From: Desulfatiglandales bacterium
GTDB lineage: Bacteria; Desulfobacterota; DSM-4660; Desulfatiglandales; Desulfatiglandaceae
Direction: 5' to 3'
NCBI GenBank assembly: GCA_963666345.1
Contig: OY762721.1
Span: 1,120,001-1,184,000 of the forward strand
Length of the DNA: 64,000 bases
Both the position numbers and the translations under genes were made by a program. Position 1 is the stretch's first letter; every line of letters starts with the position of its first letter. The notes beneath the pieces were generated by a model. It was not told the origin of the DNA, made no database searches, and saw only the letters and a list, made by a program, of their open reading frames with translations. Of the stretch, positions 20,102 to 31,138 are shown piece after piece.

Positions 20102-22723
20102 ATGTCATCCTTTGCATCAGCCAGACTGGAGAGTTCGAAAGAACAGTTGGTTTCACTGTTTTCTGAAGGTGATATCTCCGAGACATTTCCTCAGAGTTAT
20201 ACCGAACTTGTAGACCGGTATTTTCGTTCTTTTCTTGAGGAAAGCGAGACCGGGCACAGGCTCTTCAGGGGGAAAAAGCCCTTCGCCCTTGTCGCCGTTG
20301 GAGGATACGGACGCAAGGAACTTTGTCTTAATTCGGATATCGATATACTCATATTGTTCAAAGGCAGGCTGCCTTCCACGGCAAAAAAACTGGCCGAGGA
20401 GCTATTTTATCCTCTGTGGGATATGGGGATGGATCTGGGTTATGGAGTTCGCTCCATCAGAGACTGCATCCGTCTGGCCGCAGATGACTTCGAAGTACTT
20501 ACATCCCTTATGGATGCCCGGTTCGTGGGGGGCGATTCACCCCTTTTTCTTTCTCTTGTTGAATCGGTTCAGGACAAAATAATCAAGAAAAAGGCCGGGG
20601 CCCTCAAGATATGGTTTGAGGCCAAAAACAAGGGCAGGATGGATATTTTCGGTGACGCAAGCTACATGCTTGAACCGAACCTGAAGGAAGGCATCGGCGG
20701 ACTCAGAGATTATCACCAGATCCTTTGGCTTTCAAAGGCATTTTTCAAGATTCGCACGCCAAGAGACCTTGAATTCGCAGGCATCCTTTCACATAAGGAA
20801 TATGAGGCACTCAAGGAGCAGCTCAATTTCATATGGCTTGCAAGAAACCGGCTTCATCACCTTTCGGGAAGGAAAAACGACAGGCTCGCATTTGAATACC
20901 AGGAAGAGATCGCAAAAGAGCTGGGATATAGAAACAAAAGGGGCTTTCTTGGCGTGGAACAGTTTCTTGGAGACCTTCATGCCTGCATGGGTGCGATCAA
21001 GTCATTGCGCCGTTCTTTTATCAATACCCAGCTTCCCGGAAACAGGATGAAGAGCCGTATCCTGCCCTTTCCCTTTCCAAAAGGAATTCATATCTCTCAG
21101 GGCGAACTTGAGTTTGACTCGGCTACCGCGATAATCAAAAATCCGATGCTGCTTCTTGAAATCTTCGAGCAGGCAGGCGCACTTTTATTTCCCCTTTCGA
21201 TGGAGGCAAAGAGGCTTGCAAGGGAATTCAGATATCTGGTGGACGAATCATTCATAAATTCGAGGGATGCGGCCATAAGCTTCGGCTCCCTCCTTGAAAA
21301 CAGATACGCTTCGCATGCCCTTGATCAGTTATTCGAGACCAATCTCCTTGAGGCCTTTATACCTGAGTTCGCTCCTGTAAAAGACAGGGTTCAGTTCGAT
21401 GCCTATCATACATATCCGGTTGGAAGGCACCTGCTGGAGGCCGTAAAAAATCTCAAGGAACTGCCCCGGCGAAAAGAGCTGCTCCTGTTGGAAATTTATT
21501 CCAATCTCCCGGATAAGGAGGCTCTTATACTTGCCGCCCTTCTACACGATATTGGCAAAACCGGTAAAGATCATTCTTCAAGAGGAGCGGCTCTTGCGGC
21601 AAGGATATTGAACCGGATGGGCTATCCGAAAAAAAAAGTAAAAATGGTCTCATCGCTGATCAGGAACCACCTTCTTCTGGCAGAGACGGCCACCCGCAGG
21701 GACCTGAATGATGAGAAGATCATTGTCGACTGTGCCGCCATGATAGGGGACGTGGAAACACTCAAGATGCTTTACCTTCTGACCTGGGCCGATTCCAACG
21801 CTACAGGGCCGAGGGCCTGGAATGACTGGGTGGCGAACCTGGTGGAAGAGCTTTTCTTCAAGGTGCTTCATGTCCTGGAAAAAGGAGAGCTGGCCAATCC
21901 CGACAACGCCCGCAGGCTGAGGCGCAAACAATCGCAGATAGCCGGGCTTATGTCTGAAGAAATTCCCGAATCACGTCTGAAAAATTACTTCGAACTTATG
22001 CCCCCCCGATACCTTCTCGATTCAGGCGCCGCGGATATATCAAGACACCTGGAGGCCGTTTTAGAACTGGAAAAACGATTTAAAACAGAGGGCGGCAATG
22101 CCTTTTCCTTTTCCGTAAAGAAAGAAGGCACGGAGGGTTTCTGGCAGATAACTCTCATGGCCGCGGACAGGCCCGGTCTTTTTTCCGATTTTTCAGGCAT
22201 CCTGGCCTTAAATAACATAAATATCTTTTCATCCTGCGTCTATACATGGAGAAACGGAATAGCCGTCGATATATTCAGGACCGGCAACCTCCCTGATCCC
22301 TTGCATATTGAAGATACATGGGAAAGGGTCCAAAGGGATCTGAAGATGTCCCTTGAGGGAAACCTTTCGATCAGGAAAAGGCTCGCAAAAAAGGCATCGC
22401 CTTCCCTGTTGAGTGTTTCAAAAGTTCCTTCGCGTGCGCCGCAGGTATCGGTCGACAACAATTCGTCGGATTTTTTTACCATTATCGAAGTCTTCGCGGA
22501 CGACAAACCGGGGGTACTCTTTCAGCTCAGCAGGGTCCTTTATGAACTGGGCCTTGATATCAGGGTAGCCAGGATAGCCACAAAGGCGGACCAGATAGCG
22601 GACATCTTTTACGTGCTCGACATGGAAGGTCAGAAGGTGGATGAGGAAAATGACCTTGCAAAAATCAAAGAGACACTGCTCTCAATGCTTGAAAAATCAA
22701 TCGAAACTCCGGCCCGGTCCTGA
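20102..22723 (+). CDS. glnD: [Protein-PII] uridylyltransferase
   Basis: AVGGYGR..SDID, EPNLKEGIGGLRD, LLHDIGK, two ACT domains. Confidence 0.95.
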   Translation: MSSFASARLESSKEQLVSLFSEGDISETFPQSYTELVDRYFRSFLEESETGHRLFRGKKPFALVAVGGYGRKELCLNSDIDILILFKGRLPSTAKKLAEELFYPLWDMGMDLGYGVRSIRDCIRLAADDFEVLTSLMDARFVGGDSPLFLSLVESVQDKIIKKKAGALKIWFEAKNKGRMDIFGDASYMLEPNLKEGIGGLRDYHQILWLSKAFFKIRTPRDLEFAGILSHKEYEALKEQLNFIWLARNRLHHLSGRKNDRLAFEYQEEIAKELGYRNKRGFLGVEQFLGDLHACMGAIKSLRRSFINTQLPGNRMKSRILPFPFPKGIHISQGELEFDSATAIIKNPMLLLEIFEQAGALLFPLSMEAKRLAREFRYLVDESFINSRDAAISFGSLLENRYASHALDQLFETNLLEAFIPEFAPVKDRVQFDAYHTYPVGRHLLEAVKNLKELPRRKELLLLEIYSNLPDKEALILAALLHDIGKTGKDHSSRGAALAARILNRMGYPKKKVKMVSSLIRNHLLLAETATRRDLNDEKIIVDCAAMIGDVETLKMLYLLTWADSNATGPRAWNDWVANLVEELFFKVLHVLEKGELANPDNARRLRRKQSQIAGLMSEEIPESRLKNYFELMPPRYLLDSGAADISRHLEAVLELEKRFKTEGGNAFSFSVKKEGTEGFWQITLMAADRPGLFSDFSGILALNNINIFSSCVYTWRNGIAVDIFRTGNLPDPLHIEDTWERVQRDLKMSLEGNLSIRKRLAKKASPSLLSVSKVPSRAPQVSVDNNSSDFFTIIEVFADDKPGVLFQLSRVLYELGLDIRVARIATKADQIADIFYVLDMEGQKVDEENDLAKIKETLLSMLEKSIETPARS

Positions 22724-22869
22724 AAAAAAGCGCCTATCGTTCGTAAGATATCCGTTCATTTCGCAAATACGGTTAAAAGGTTCCTGCAAGGGATGCGACA
22801 ATACCAGGGGCAGGCGATCATGTCCTCCCCTGCCACCGGGGATCAAACAACTCGACAATGCCGGCCGAA

Positions 22870-23079
22870 TCGCCTTTAACCTGTAAAGCAATTTCTGTCC
22901 GTCGGGCCAGCGCTTTGCCTTCAGCTTCATTCAACCCCACCTCACGGTGACGCAGTTGCCGTTCAGCCAACACTTCCCCTTGACGGGCTGACGGGCGCGC
23001 GTATAGGACTTGAGTCCATACATACTTCTCGATACTTATTGAGTCTCACCTACAAGTGGATGCGCCCTGCCGGGCGCAC
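22870..23079 (-). mobile_element. 5' fragment (domain I) of a class IIC group II intron; no RT ORF or domain V visible
   Basis: Begins GTGCGCCCGGCAGGGCGCATCCACTTGTAGGTGA immediately after a terminator T-tail; 3' limit approximate. Confidence 0.75.
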
Positions 23080-23113
23080 AAACAAAAAGGCCGCAGGCAA
23101 AGACTGCGGCCTT
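23080..23113 (-). terminator. Intrinsic terminator of glnK2-amtB2
   Basis: AAGGCCGCAG-N7-CTGCGGCCTT followed by TTTGTTT. Confidence 0.85.
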
Positions 23114-23126
23114 GATAAATTATTGA

Positions 23127-24458
23127 TTACTGCTGCGCGTAAGTGGATATCTCAAAGTCGGGATACGCGCTTCCGCCATGCTCGCCCAGATCAAGCCCTT
23201 CGGCCTCTTCTTGAGGGCCTGCCCTGAGGCCTATCGTCTTATTTACCACCTTGAAAAGGATAAAGGCGGTTGAAAAGGTCCATATAAAGCATGTGACAAT
23301 ACCCAGCACCTGCACGCCTATGATGGATGCCGAGGTGCCTCCCATATTGAAAATCCCCGCTGCAAGAGTTCCCCAGGCACCGTTTACACCATGAACCGAA
23401 ATGGCGCCTACAGGGTCATCCACTTTTACCTTTTCAAAAAAGAGCACCGACAGCACCACAAGTATTCCTGCCACGGCTCCTATTACAATCGAACTCCGAG
23501 GAGACACCGAGGCGCAGGGGCTCGTTATGGCAACAAGTCCTGCAAGCGCGCCGTTCAGACTCATTCCCACCTCAGGTTTTCCGAACTTTATCCAGGAGGT
23601 GAACATGGCAAACACAGCGCCTGTGGCCGCTGCCATATTGGTGTTTACGAATATCATGGCGATGTCCTTGTTTGCAGCCGTGGTGGAGCCGGGGTTAAAG
23701 CCGAACCATCCGAGCCACAGGATAAATACACCTAATGCCGCAAGCGGCATGTTGTGCCCCAGGATCGGCCTTATGCTGCCGTCTTTTCCGTATTTTCCTA
23801 GCCTCGGCCCCAGAACTATGGCGCCTGCAAGGGCGGCCCAGCCCCCGACCGAATGAACCACGGTTGAGCCTGCAAAGTCGATAAAGCCGAGGTTTTCAAG
23901 CCAGCCGCCCCCGTTAAAAAGGCCTCCCCAGGCCCAGCTCCCGAATATGGGATATATGAGCCCGCTTATAAAGATGCTGTAAATGAGATAGCCCGAGAAC
24001 TTGGTGCGCTCAGCCATTGCCCCTGACACGATGGTTGCGGCGGTTGCGGCAAAGACCACCTGGAACATCCAGAAGGCCAGCACCCAGGGATCTCCGCCCG
24101 GGGCAAAATCACTCAGAAAGAATCCCGAGGTACCGAACCACCCTGTCTTTGAAACCCCGAACATAAGGCCGAAACCGAGCGCCCAGAAGGCAAGCGAGCC
24201 CATTGAAAAATCCATGAGGTTTTTCATCATGATGTTTATGGCGTTTTTCGCCCTTGTAAAACCCGCCTCAACAAGAGCGAATCCCGCCTGCATGAAAAAC
24301 ACCAGACAGGCGGCCACCAGGGTCCAGACATAATCGGCATGGGTCTGAACCAGTGCTATGGCCTCTTTGTTGGATAAAACCGTGGGCGCCTCATCCCCCG
24401 CGAACAGGCCCGCAGGCACGCCCAAAATCAAAACAACCATTAAAAGCAAAAATTTCAT
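23127..24458 (-). CDS. amtB: Ammonium transporter (second copy, with signal peptide)
   Basis: FFMQAGFALVEAG, DFAGSTVVHSVGG, GWFGFNPGS, DDPVGAISVHG. Confidence 0.93.
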   Translation of the reverse strand: MKFLLLMVVLILGVPAGLFAGDEAPTVLSNKEAIALVQTHADYVWTLVAACLVFFMQAGFALVEAGFTRAKNAINIMMKNLMDFSMGSLAFWALGFGLMFGVSKTGWFGTSGFFLSDFAPGGDPWVLAFWMFQVVFAATAATIVSGAMAERTKFSGYLIYSIFISGLIYPIFGSWAWGGLFNGGGWLENLGFIDFAGSTVVHSVGGWAALAGAIVLGPRLGKYGKDGSIRPILGHNMPLAALGVFILWLGWFGFNPGSTTAANKDIAMIFVNTNMAAATGAVFAMFTSWIKFGKPEVGMSLNGALAGLVAITSPCASVSPRSSIVIGAVAGILVVLSVLFFEKVKVDDPVGAISVHGVNGAWGTLAAGIFNMGGTSASIIGVQVLGIVTCFIWTFSTAFILFKVVNKTIGLRAGPQEEAEGLDLGEHGGSAYPDFEISTYAQQ

Positions 24459-24476
24459 TTTACCTATCCTCCGTTT

Positions 24477-24953
<477 letters not shown>

Positions 24954-25022
24954 TCAGGCCTTATAATATTGAATTATATATGTTTTTTAATTTGACGGGA
25001 AAAGAAAGAAAAAATATAATGT

Positions 25023-25064
25023 TACATTATTGAGGTATGTTTTAAAATTTAGTACATTATTGTA
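25023..25064. promoter_or_regulatory. Paired putative activator binding sites upstream of glnK2
   Basis: TACATTATTGAG (25023) and TACATTATTGTA (25053), 30 bp apart. Confidence 0.6.
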
Positions 25065-25128
25065 ATTTTTTTGTACGCCTGTATCAAAACCCGGGCAAGC
25101 CATGAACACCTATTGGATGCGGGCTGCC

Positions 25129-25779
25129 TTAAAATTCAATCAGATCTATCGCCGTAAGGGTTGTGCGGTTCCTTGTTCCAGGTGCATTAACAAGATGCCA
25201 GGCAACATACTGCTCTGAATAAAGCCGGTCAGACATCCCGTCCACCGGCACTATAATATTCAATTTCCGCATCGCCGCCCCGATGGCTGTACCCAGAACT
25301 GCTCCGTTCGCAGCAGTGCCGACAATAATGACGGTCTTGATGCCTTTATCCGATAAAATCTTTTCCAGATCCGTGCCGTAAAATTTGTCTACCGAGGATT
25401 TGACTATTTTCTCCCCCTTTAACGGAGCGACCTCTTTTAAAATGGCTTCCGGCGTCCCTTTGCTGGTCAGGCTGTAGACGACAGGTATTCCCACAGCCCT
25501 CGCCTTTGTGACAAGTGTCTTGATTTTAGGAACAGAAGCTATACATCGAGGCCTTCTCTCTGAATTACAGGTTCGCTTTTCAATGTCCAAAACCAAAAGG
25601 GCCGTAACCTTGGAGTCCACTTTGACCGGTTTGATCGCAGGGGCCTCCGGCGCTTTGACGCTGGTCCATTCGTCAATAATCGTTTCATCTGCCCGAACAG
25701 GGCCTGTAAAAAACAAAAGAACGCCGAATAAAACGGTTCCCTTCATAATCATTTGTTGCATGTTTCCTTTAATAGTCAT
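25129..25779 (-). CDS. Isochorismatase/cysteine-hydrolase-fold protein, probably exported
   Basis: ALLVLDI, DKFYGTDLE, IIVGTAANGAV; hydrophobic leader ending VRA-DE. Confidence 0.8.
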   Translation of the reverse strand: MTIKGNMQQMIMKGTVLFGVLLFFTGPVRADETIIDEWTSVKAPEAPAIKPVKVDSKVTALLVLDIEKRTCNSERRPRCIASVPKIKTLVTKARAVGIPVVYSLTSKGTPEAILKEVAPLKGEKIVKSSVDKFYGTDLEKILSDKGIKTVIIVGTAANGAVLGTAIGAAMRKLNIIVPVDGMSDRLYSEQYVAWHLVNAPGTRNRTTLTAIDLIEF

Positions 25780-26013
25780 TTCTCTTAATCCTCCGATTGT
25801 TTTAATGCTGAGAAATGAAATGACACTATTCACGCATTTGTTTTCTGAAGGAGCTTTTGGATAACCAATCAGCATCGTGTTTCCTGATTGTAACTTCTTG
25901 GCCCAGCCGTGAGGACAAATAGGCTTGTGCTATAATGATGCAGTATTCAAATGGCAAGGCCACCGTATTCTATTTTAGACCACAGTAAGCAGATTTTTGA
26001 GGTATGATTAAAT

Positions 26014-26712
26014 TCACGGCACCTCCCAGAAGGGGCCTAGCTTCATGCCTTTAATTTTGTCGAGAAGTTCGTTTCTGAGAATAGGTCTGTTAGATATAAA
26101 GTCAGGATCCAGACGCCTGCGCATGTGTTCACATGAAAACAGACTGTGCAGATCGGCAAGAGAAATGATTCCATTTTCAGTACTTGGATCGAAAAGCACC
26201 CAATTACGAACATGTTCTTCCGACCGGAAGAAGTTCATGGTGCTTCAGGCGAAACTTATGTCATCGTACCACTTATTGAAAGGAACGGCCACATATCCTA
26301 CGATACCCTCAGGATCAACATTCAATATCTCACCATCTCGCATCTCAACACTTATCGGCTCCCCACAGTGCATGCAAACCGTATCGATCTGAACTTTTTT
26401 ACCTGGAAAAAGCCAGCTAACTGCCAGCGACTCGAAGGCTCACTGGCCAAACCACTTCTGCTCACCGTCCACAGTGATGGGATACTGGTTGGGAAGGTTG
26501 TTGAAAGGGGCCAGGGAAACGATGAGATCTGTTTTTGGAAAAACCCAGCCTGGAAGTATCTCTGAAAAAAGGGCCTGAACGGCTTTTCGGCCGTTCTCTA
26601 TGGAGACCCCAAGTGCCTCAGCTACTTCAGTGAAAAATGGGGCTTTCCCGGTTTCGACAAGACTTTTCATAATGCAGTGGTAGGTTTTGTCTAAGGTTGT
26701 AGGTTCTGACAT
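26014..26712 (-). CDS. MerB-like organometallic-lyase-fold selenoprotein with two Sec (U91, U156), 232 aa
   Basis: ORFs 26440-26712 and 26014-26238 are in one frame joined by TGA 26440-26442 (WFGQ-U-AFESL) and TGA 26245-26247 (SFA-U-STMNFFRSEEH); each is followed by a hairpin; GGAGG RBS. Confidence 0.85.
26206..26238 (-). promoter_or_regulatory. SECIS-like hairpin after the second TGA
   Basis: ATGAAC-TTCTTCC-GGTC-GGAAGAA-CAT-GTTCGT. Confidence 0.7.
26411..26432 (-). promoter_or_regulatory. SECIS-like hairpin after the first TGA
   Basis: AGTCGCTGG-CAG-TTAGCTGGCT; weak stem with a bulged U. Confidence 0.5.
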
Positions 26713-26751
26713 GGCTATTTACCTCCATTTATTATTCTAGTATGAACTCAA

Positions 26752-26767
26752 AGCAATATATGTGCCG
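26752..26767 (-). promoter_or_regulatory. sigma54 promoter of the Sec-MerB-like gene
   Basis: CGGCACATATATTGCT. Confidence 0.8.
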
Positions 26768-26894
26768 AACAGGCCTTGCCTTAATTAATAAGAAATCAAT
26801 GCCATTGTATTCAGTAGTATAAGGGCGAATTTTAGGGTAGCATAAAAATTAATTAATATTATCAACGCAATAACTGGACTGGCAATATTGCAAG

Positions 26895-28649
26895 TCATAA
26901 TGGCATTTCTGCCGTTTTTAGCTTTCTGTAAATTGTTGCAGGGTCCATCTTGAGGAATTTGGCAGCCTGCTTTACGCCACCATGTTTTTTAATTGCCGTT
27001 TTTAGCAGCGTTATCTCAAACTGTCTGACGGCATTCTTGAAGGAGCCCGCTTGCTGGATAGGATAATTGAGGAAGTCCTGTCTAAGCTCTGAGGGTAAGT
27101 CCTCCATGATGATTTCATCATGTGGGGTAACCAAAACGAGTCTTTCAATTAAATTGATCAGTTCTCTGACATTGCCGGGCCATTGAAAACCTATTAGATA
27201 ATCGATTACTTCTCGAGAAAAAAAGGCATTTTTATCATATTTGAGATTGGTCTTTTCGAGAAAGAAATTGATCATATGAAGAATATCGTCCGGTCTTTCC
27301 CTAAGAGGTGGGATAAAAATGGGAATGACGTTTATGCGAAAATAGAGATCCTTCCTGAAAGTTCCCTTTTCCACCATGCCTTTTAGATCACGGTTGGTAA
27401 TAACGATGAGCCGAACGTCAACCTTCTTGGGCGTAACACTTCCAATCCTTACGATCTCAAGGTCCTGAATCGTCCTTAAAATCTTGACTTGAAGGTTTTG
27501 GGGCATCTCTCCTATCTCATCCAGGATTAGGGTTCCTCCTTCGGCAGCTTCGAAAAGGCCTTGTTTGCCCTTTGCATCGGCACCGGTAAAGGCACCATGC
27601 TCGTAGCCAAAGAGCTCCGACTCCAGAAGATTTTCAGGTATGGCCCCACAGTTTATTTTGAGCAGGGGGCTGCTGTTGCGCGTTGAGTGCCTGTGAATAT
27701 AGTTGGCAATAACCTCTTTGCCTACTCCTGTCTCGCCCGTTATGAGCACAGGGGCATCCACCTGAGCAACACGCCCGGCCAGTTCAAAGGCTTGCCTGAT
27801 TGCCTTGGATTCAGCTACAATCTGGGCCTTTTCAAAGTGGTGCGTCTTAAGCCTTTCTATCTTTTCATGATATTGACTGTAAGGCCTTTTAGATTCAATG
27901 TTTTTACTTGATAGCCGCCTGATATCGCTTAGTTCCCTGACGTTACTGACAACCATGGTGATATCGCCGTTGTCATCAAATATCGGAGTTGCAGTGACAA
28001 GGGTCTCTTTTCCAGTGAACCATCTTTTCTGTAGAGTGAGTGTCCGCTTTTCCTTGAGTACCATTTTGGTTGCTGACCGGTTTGAAAAATACCCCTCCGT
28101 TTCCAGTTCAGCCACATTCTGTCCCAGGACCTCTCTGGCCGATATACCAGTAATCTTCTCCCAGGAGGGATTAACGCGTATTATGTTGCCTTCACCGTCG
28201 GTGATAAAAAAACCGTCGTAGGATGAATCAATAATCGCAACCATCTCTTCAATCATGTGGCGGCAGTCTTCACATTTATGGATATTCTCTTCAATTTCTG
28301 AGAAATCTTGAAGAATCGTCACCACCTTGATAAGCGATTCATTTTCTAGGATAGGGATCTGATTGACAACAATAGTACGGTCATCCCATTCGACTCTTTT
28401 CTCTTTCTCAAGTTTTACTCTTAACTGAAGATCCTGGAAGTCCTTCCAGATTTCAGGGATAACCTTGGAAATATTTTTCCTTTCCAGTTCCTCGGCTTTC
28501 AGCTTTAGTATTTTTTGTGCTTCAGTATTAAAAAATGCAATCAGGCCCTGGGGGTTAGTTATAATTATACCCTTGGGCGGTAATTCAAGCATCTTCTTGT
28601 ATGTGTCTTGCTCACTTTGAAGTATGTGATTTGATAATTGCAAAGACAT
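26895..28649 (-). CDS. PAS-PAS sigma54-dependent activator (copy 1)
   Basis: [31 protein letters not shown], Fis-type HTH. Confidence 0.93.
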   Translation of the reverse strand: MSLQLSNHILQSEQDTYKKMLELPPKGIIITNPQGLIAFFNTEAQKILKLKAEELERKNISKVIPEIWKDFQDLQLRVKLEKEKRVEWDDRTIVVNQIPILENESLIKVVTILQDFSEIEENIHKCEDCRHMIEEMVAIIDSSYDGFFITDGEGNIIRVNPSWEKITGISAREVLGQNVAELETEGYFSNRSATKMVLKEKRTLTLQKRWFTGKETLVTATPIFDDNGDITMVVSNVRELSDIRRLSSKNIESKRPYSQYHEKIERLKTHHFEKAQIVAESKAIRQAFELAGRVAQVDAPVLITGETGVGKEVIANYIHRHSTRNSSPLLKINCGAIPENLLESELFGYEHGAFTGADAKGKQGLFEAAEGGTLILDEIGEMPQNLQVKILRTIQDLEIVRIGSVTPKKVDVRLIVITNRDLKGMVEKGTFRKDLYFRINVIPIFIPPLRERPDDILHMINFFLEKTNLKYDKNAFFSREVIDYLIGFQWPGNVRELINLIERLVLVTPHDEIIMEDLPSELRQDFLNYPIQQAGSFKNAVRQFEITLLKTAIKKHGGVKQAAKFLKMDPATIYRKLKTAEMPL

Positions 28650-28680
28650 ATTTTTTGACCCAAGTCCGACTGTTTAAAGC

Positions 28681-29403
28681 CTATCCTCCCAGATAGGCTT
28701 CTTTAACTTTGTTGTTGTCCAACAGCTCTTCGGCAGGTCCTTCCAAGACTATTTCACCTGTTTCAAGCACGCATGCATGACTTGCGATCTTGAGAGCGGC
28801 TTTGGCATTCTGCTCTACCAATAAAATAGTAGAGCCTGTACGGTTCAGGTGTTTTATTGCTTCAAATATATCTCGGACAATTAAGGGGGCCAGACCCATG
28901 GAAGGTTCGTCTAAAAGAAGTAGATCTGGCTTTCCCATCAGCGCACGTGCGATCGCTAGCATCTGTTGTTCACCACCGGATAGGGTCCCGGCGATCTGTT
29001 CAGAACGCTTTTCCAGGACAGGAAACATGTTATATATAATCTCGATTCTTTCATTGATCTCCTGTCGAAATTTCCTTTTAAAGTATAGGAAAGCCCCAAG
29101 ATGAATATTGTCTTTAACAGAGAGGTGAGTAAAAATCTGTCTTCCTTCTGGAACCTGGGATATTCCTAATCCAACAACCCTGTTTGCCGGGAGATTGGCA
29201 ATATTTTTATTCTTATAAAGGATTTTACCCTTTTTTATCTTGATGAGCCCCGATATTGACTTTAAAAGTGTGGATTTCCCCGCCCCGTTTGCACCTATGA
29301 TTGAAAAAACCACCCCTTGAGGAATAGTAATTGAGATCCCTTTAAGTGCCAATATATTTCCATAGGATGTCTCAAGTCCTTCAATATTAAGCATCTTATT
29401 CAT
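28681..29403 (-). CDS. ABC transporter ATPase, LivF-like
   Basis: GANGAGKS, VPEGRQIF, LSGGEQQM, LDEPSMGLAP. Confidence 0.92.
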   Translation of the reverse strand: MNKMLNIEGLETSYGNILALKGISITIPQGVVFSIIGANGAGKSTLLKSISGLIKIKKGKILYKNKNIANLPANRVVGLGISQVPEGRQIFTHLSVKDNIHLGAFLYFKRKFRQEINERIEIIYNMFPVLEKRSEQIAGTLSGGEQQMLAIARALMGKPDLLLLDEPSMGLAPLIVRDIFEAIKHLNRTGSTILLVEQNAKAALKIASHACVLETGEIVLEGPAEELLDNNKVKEAYLGG

Positions 29404-30175
29404 TCCCTCCCAAGTATGCCTCAATTACTTTGGGGTCGTTTTGTATTTCTTCGGGTGGGCCTTCAGCTATCTTTTCCCCGTAGTTGAGAACCATAATTTC
29501 GTCAGAAATATTCATCACAACTTTCATATCGTGCTCTACAAGAAGCACTGTAATCCCCTGCTCCCTGATGGACCTTATAAGTGAAGATGCAACCTTGGTT
29601 TCAGTTTCATTAAGGCCTGCTACCGGTTCATCCAGGCATAAAAGATCAGGCTCAGTGGCCAGCGCCCTCCCTATTTCCAATGTTTTCTGGTCACCCAATG
29701 GCAGACTTCCCGAGGGTTCACGCATTTTATCCTTGAGACCGATAAATTCTAAAATTCCAATTGCTTTTGATTGAATATGTGTTTCTTTTCTTCTTGTCCT
29801 GGGGAACGCAAAGCCAGACGCCAGAAAAGATGACCGCGTTCTTGTGTGGCAACCAACCATTACGTTTTCGAGGACAGTCATATTGTCAAAAAGCTCAACA
29901 GTCTGAAAGGTTCTAGAGATTCCAAGATTGCAGATTTCGTGTGCTTTTAGCTGTTGAATGCTTTTTCCTTTAAAGCATATTGTTCCCCTAGTGGGAGGAA
30001 AGATGCCTGTTATGACATTAAATAGGGTAGTTTTTCCAGCGCCGTTTGGTCCTATAATGGCCTTAATGGTCCCCATTTTGACCTGAAAGTTCTGGTCATT
30101 AAGCGCCAGCAGGCCCCCAAAAACCATGCCCACTTTTTCCAATTCAAGGATGTTCTTATTGAATGATTCTTTCAA
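29396..30175 (-). CDS. ABC transporter ATPase, LivG-like
   Basis: GPNGAGKTT, RTFQ, LDEPVAG, VIEAYLG. Confidence 0.92.
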   Translation of the reverse strand: MKESFNKNILELEKVGMVFGGLLALNDQNFQVKMGTIKAIIGPNGAGKTTLFNVITGIFPPTRGTICFKGKSIQQLKAHEICNLGISRTFQTVELFDNMTVLENVMVGCHTRTRSSFLASGFAFPRTRRKETHIQSKAIGILEFIGLKDKMREPSGSLPLGDQKTLEIGRALATEPDLLCLDEPVAGLNETETKVASSLIRSIREQGITVLLVEHDMKVVMNISDEIMVLNYGEKIAEGPPEEIQNDPKVIEAYLGGNE

Positions 30176-30182
30176 TGTAGAT

Positions 30183-31136
30183 TCAGCTCCTAAACCATCT
30201 CTTTATAATTCCAGGTATGCCGACAAGTCCTTTTGGCAAGAATATGGTGACTAAAAGGAGGATGGCCCCGTACACCACAATCTCAAATTCCTCAAAAAAA
30301 TGTAGCCACTCATAGCTTAAAAATGTAATCAACCCAGCACCTATTATGGCGCCCCAAAGTTCATACATCCCTCCCAATGTAATCATTATGATAAGTTTAA
30401 TTGAAAAGGAGACGTCAAAGGTAGATGGGTTAACAAAGTTGAGGTAATGCGCGAATAAACTTCCCGCAAGAGAGGCCAGCATGGCCCCATATATAAAAAC
30501 AATTACTTTGAACCTTAATACATTTATGCCCATGGCACTAGCAGCTGCTTCACTGGAGTGGATAGCACGAAGAGCACGGCCCGTGCCTGACAGAACGACA
30601 TTTACAGAAAAAATAAAAGCCGCGAAAACAAAAGCCCAAACGAGGTAATAGTATTTTTCAGTGGTATCAAATTCAAATCCGAAAAGGCTGAGCATCGGAA
30701 TCCCGGTCATACCATCGGGACCGCCTGTTAAATCGACTTCTTGATTTAGAATTACGGAAACAATTATCCCGAATGCCATGGTAGCCATTGCAAGATAATG
30801 CCCTCTTAGCTTGAGGGAAGCCGGGCCTACCAATAGGGCCACAAGTCCTGAGAATATCATACCTATAGCCATGCAGAGCCATGAATTCAATCCATATCTT
30901 GCAGTAAGGATCCCTGAAACGTAGGCACCGATACCATAAAATGCCGCTTGACAAAGTGATATCTGGCCAGTGTAACCCAATAGCAAACTGAGACCGATGG
31001 TGATCAGGCTATAGATACCTGCGAATACCATCACGTCAGGATAGTGGGTAATGGCGGGAATGTGTTCAGCTATCCAGGGGAAACCTATTATGATGACAAA
31101 AAAAATTGCGATTGCCCGTTTTCGGATATGTAACAT
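30183..31136 (-). CDS. ABC transporter permease, LivM-like
   Basis: GYTGQISL.QAAFYGIGAY, LRGHYLAMAT. Confidence 0.9.
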   Translation of the reverse strand: MLHIRKRAIAIFFVIIIGFPWIAEHIPAITHYPDVMVFAGIYSLITIGLSLLLGYTGQISLCQAAFYGIGAYVSGILTARYGLNSWLCMAIGMIFSGLVALLVGPASLKLRGHYLAMATMAFGIIVSVILNQEVDLTGGPDGMTGIPMLSLFGFEFDTTEKYYYLVWAFVFAAFIFSVNVVLSGTGRALRAIHSSEAAASAMGINVLRFKVIVFIYGAMLASLAGSLFAHYLNFVNPSTFDVSFSIKLIIMITLGGMYELWGAIIGAGLITFLSYEWLHFFEEFEIVVYGAILLLVTIFLPKGLVGIPGIIKRWFRS

Positions 31137-31138
31137 AC

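Noticed and set aside
26014..26016. Terminal TGA of the MerB-like gene as a third Sec
   Set aside because: TAA follows two codons later and no SECIS-like hairpin is evident
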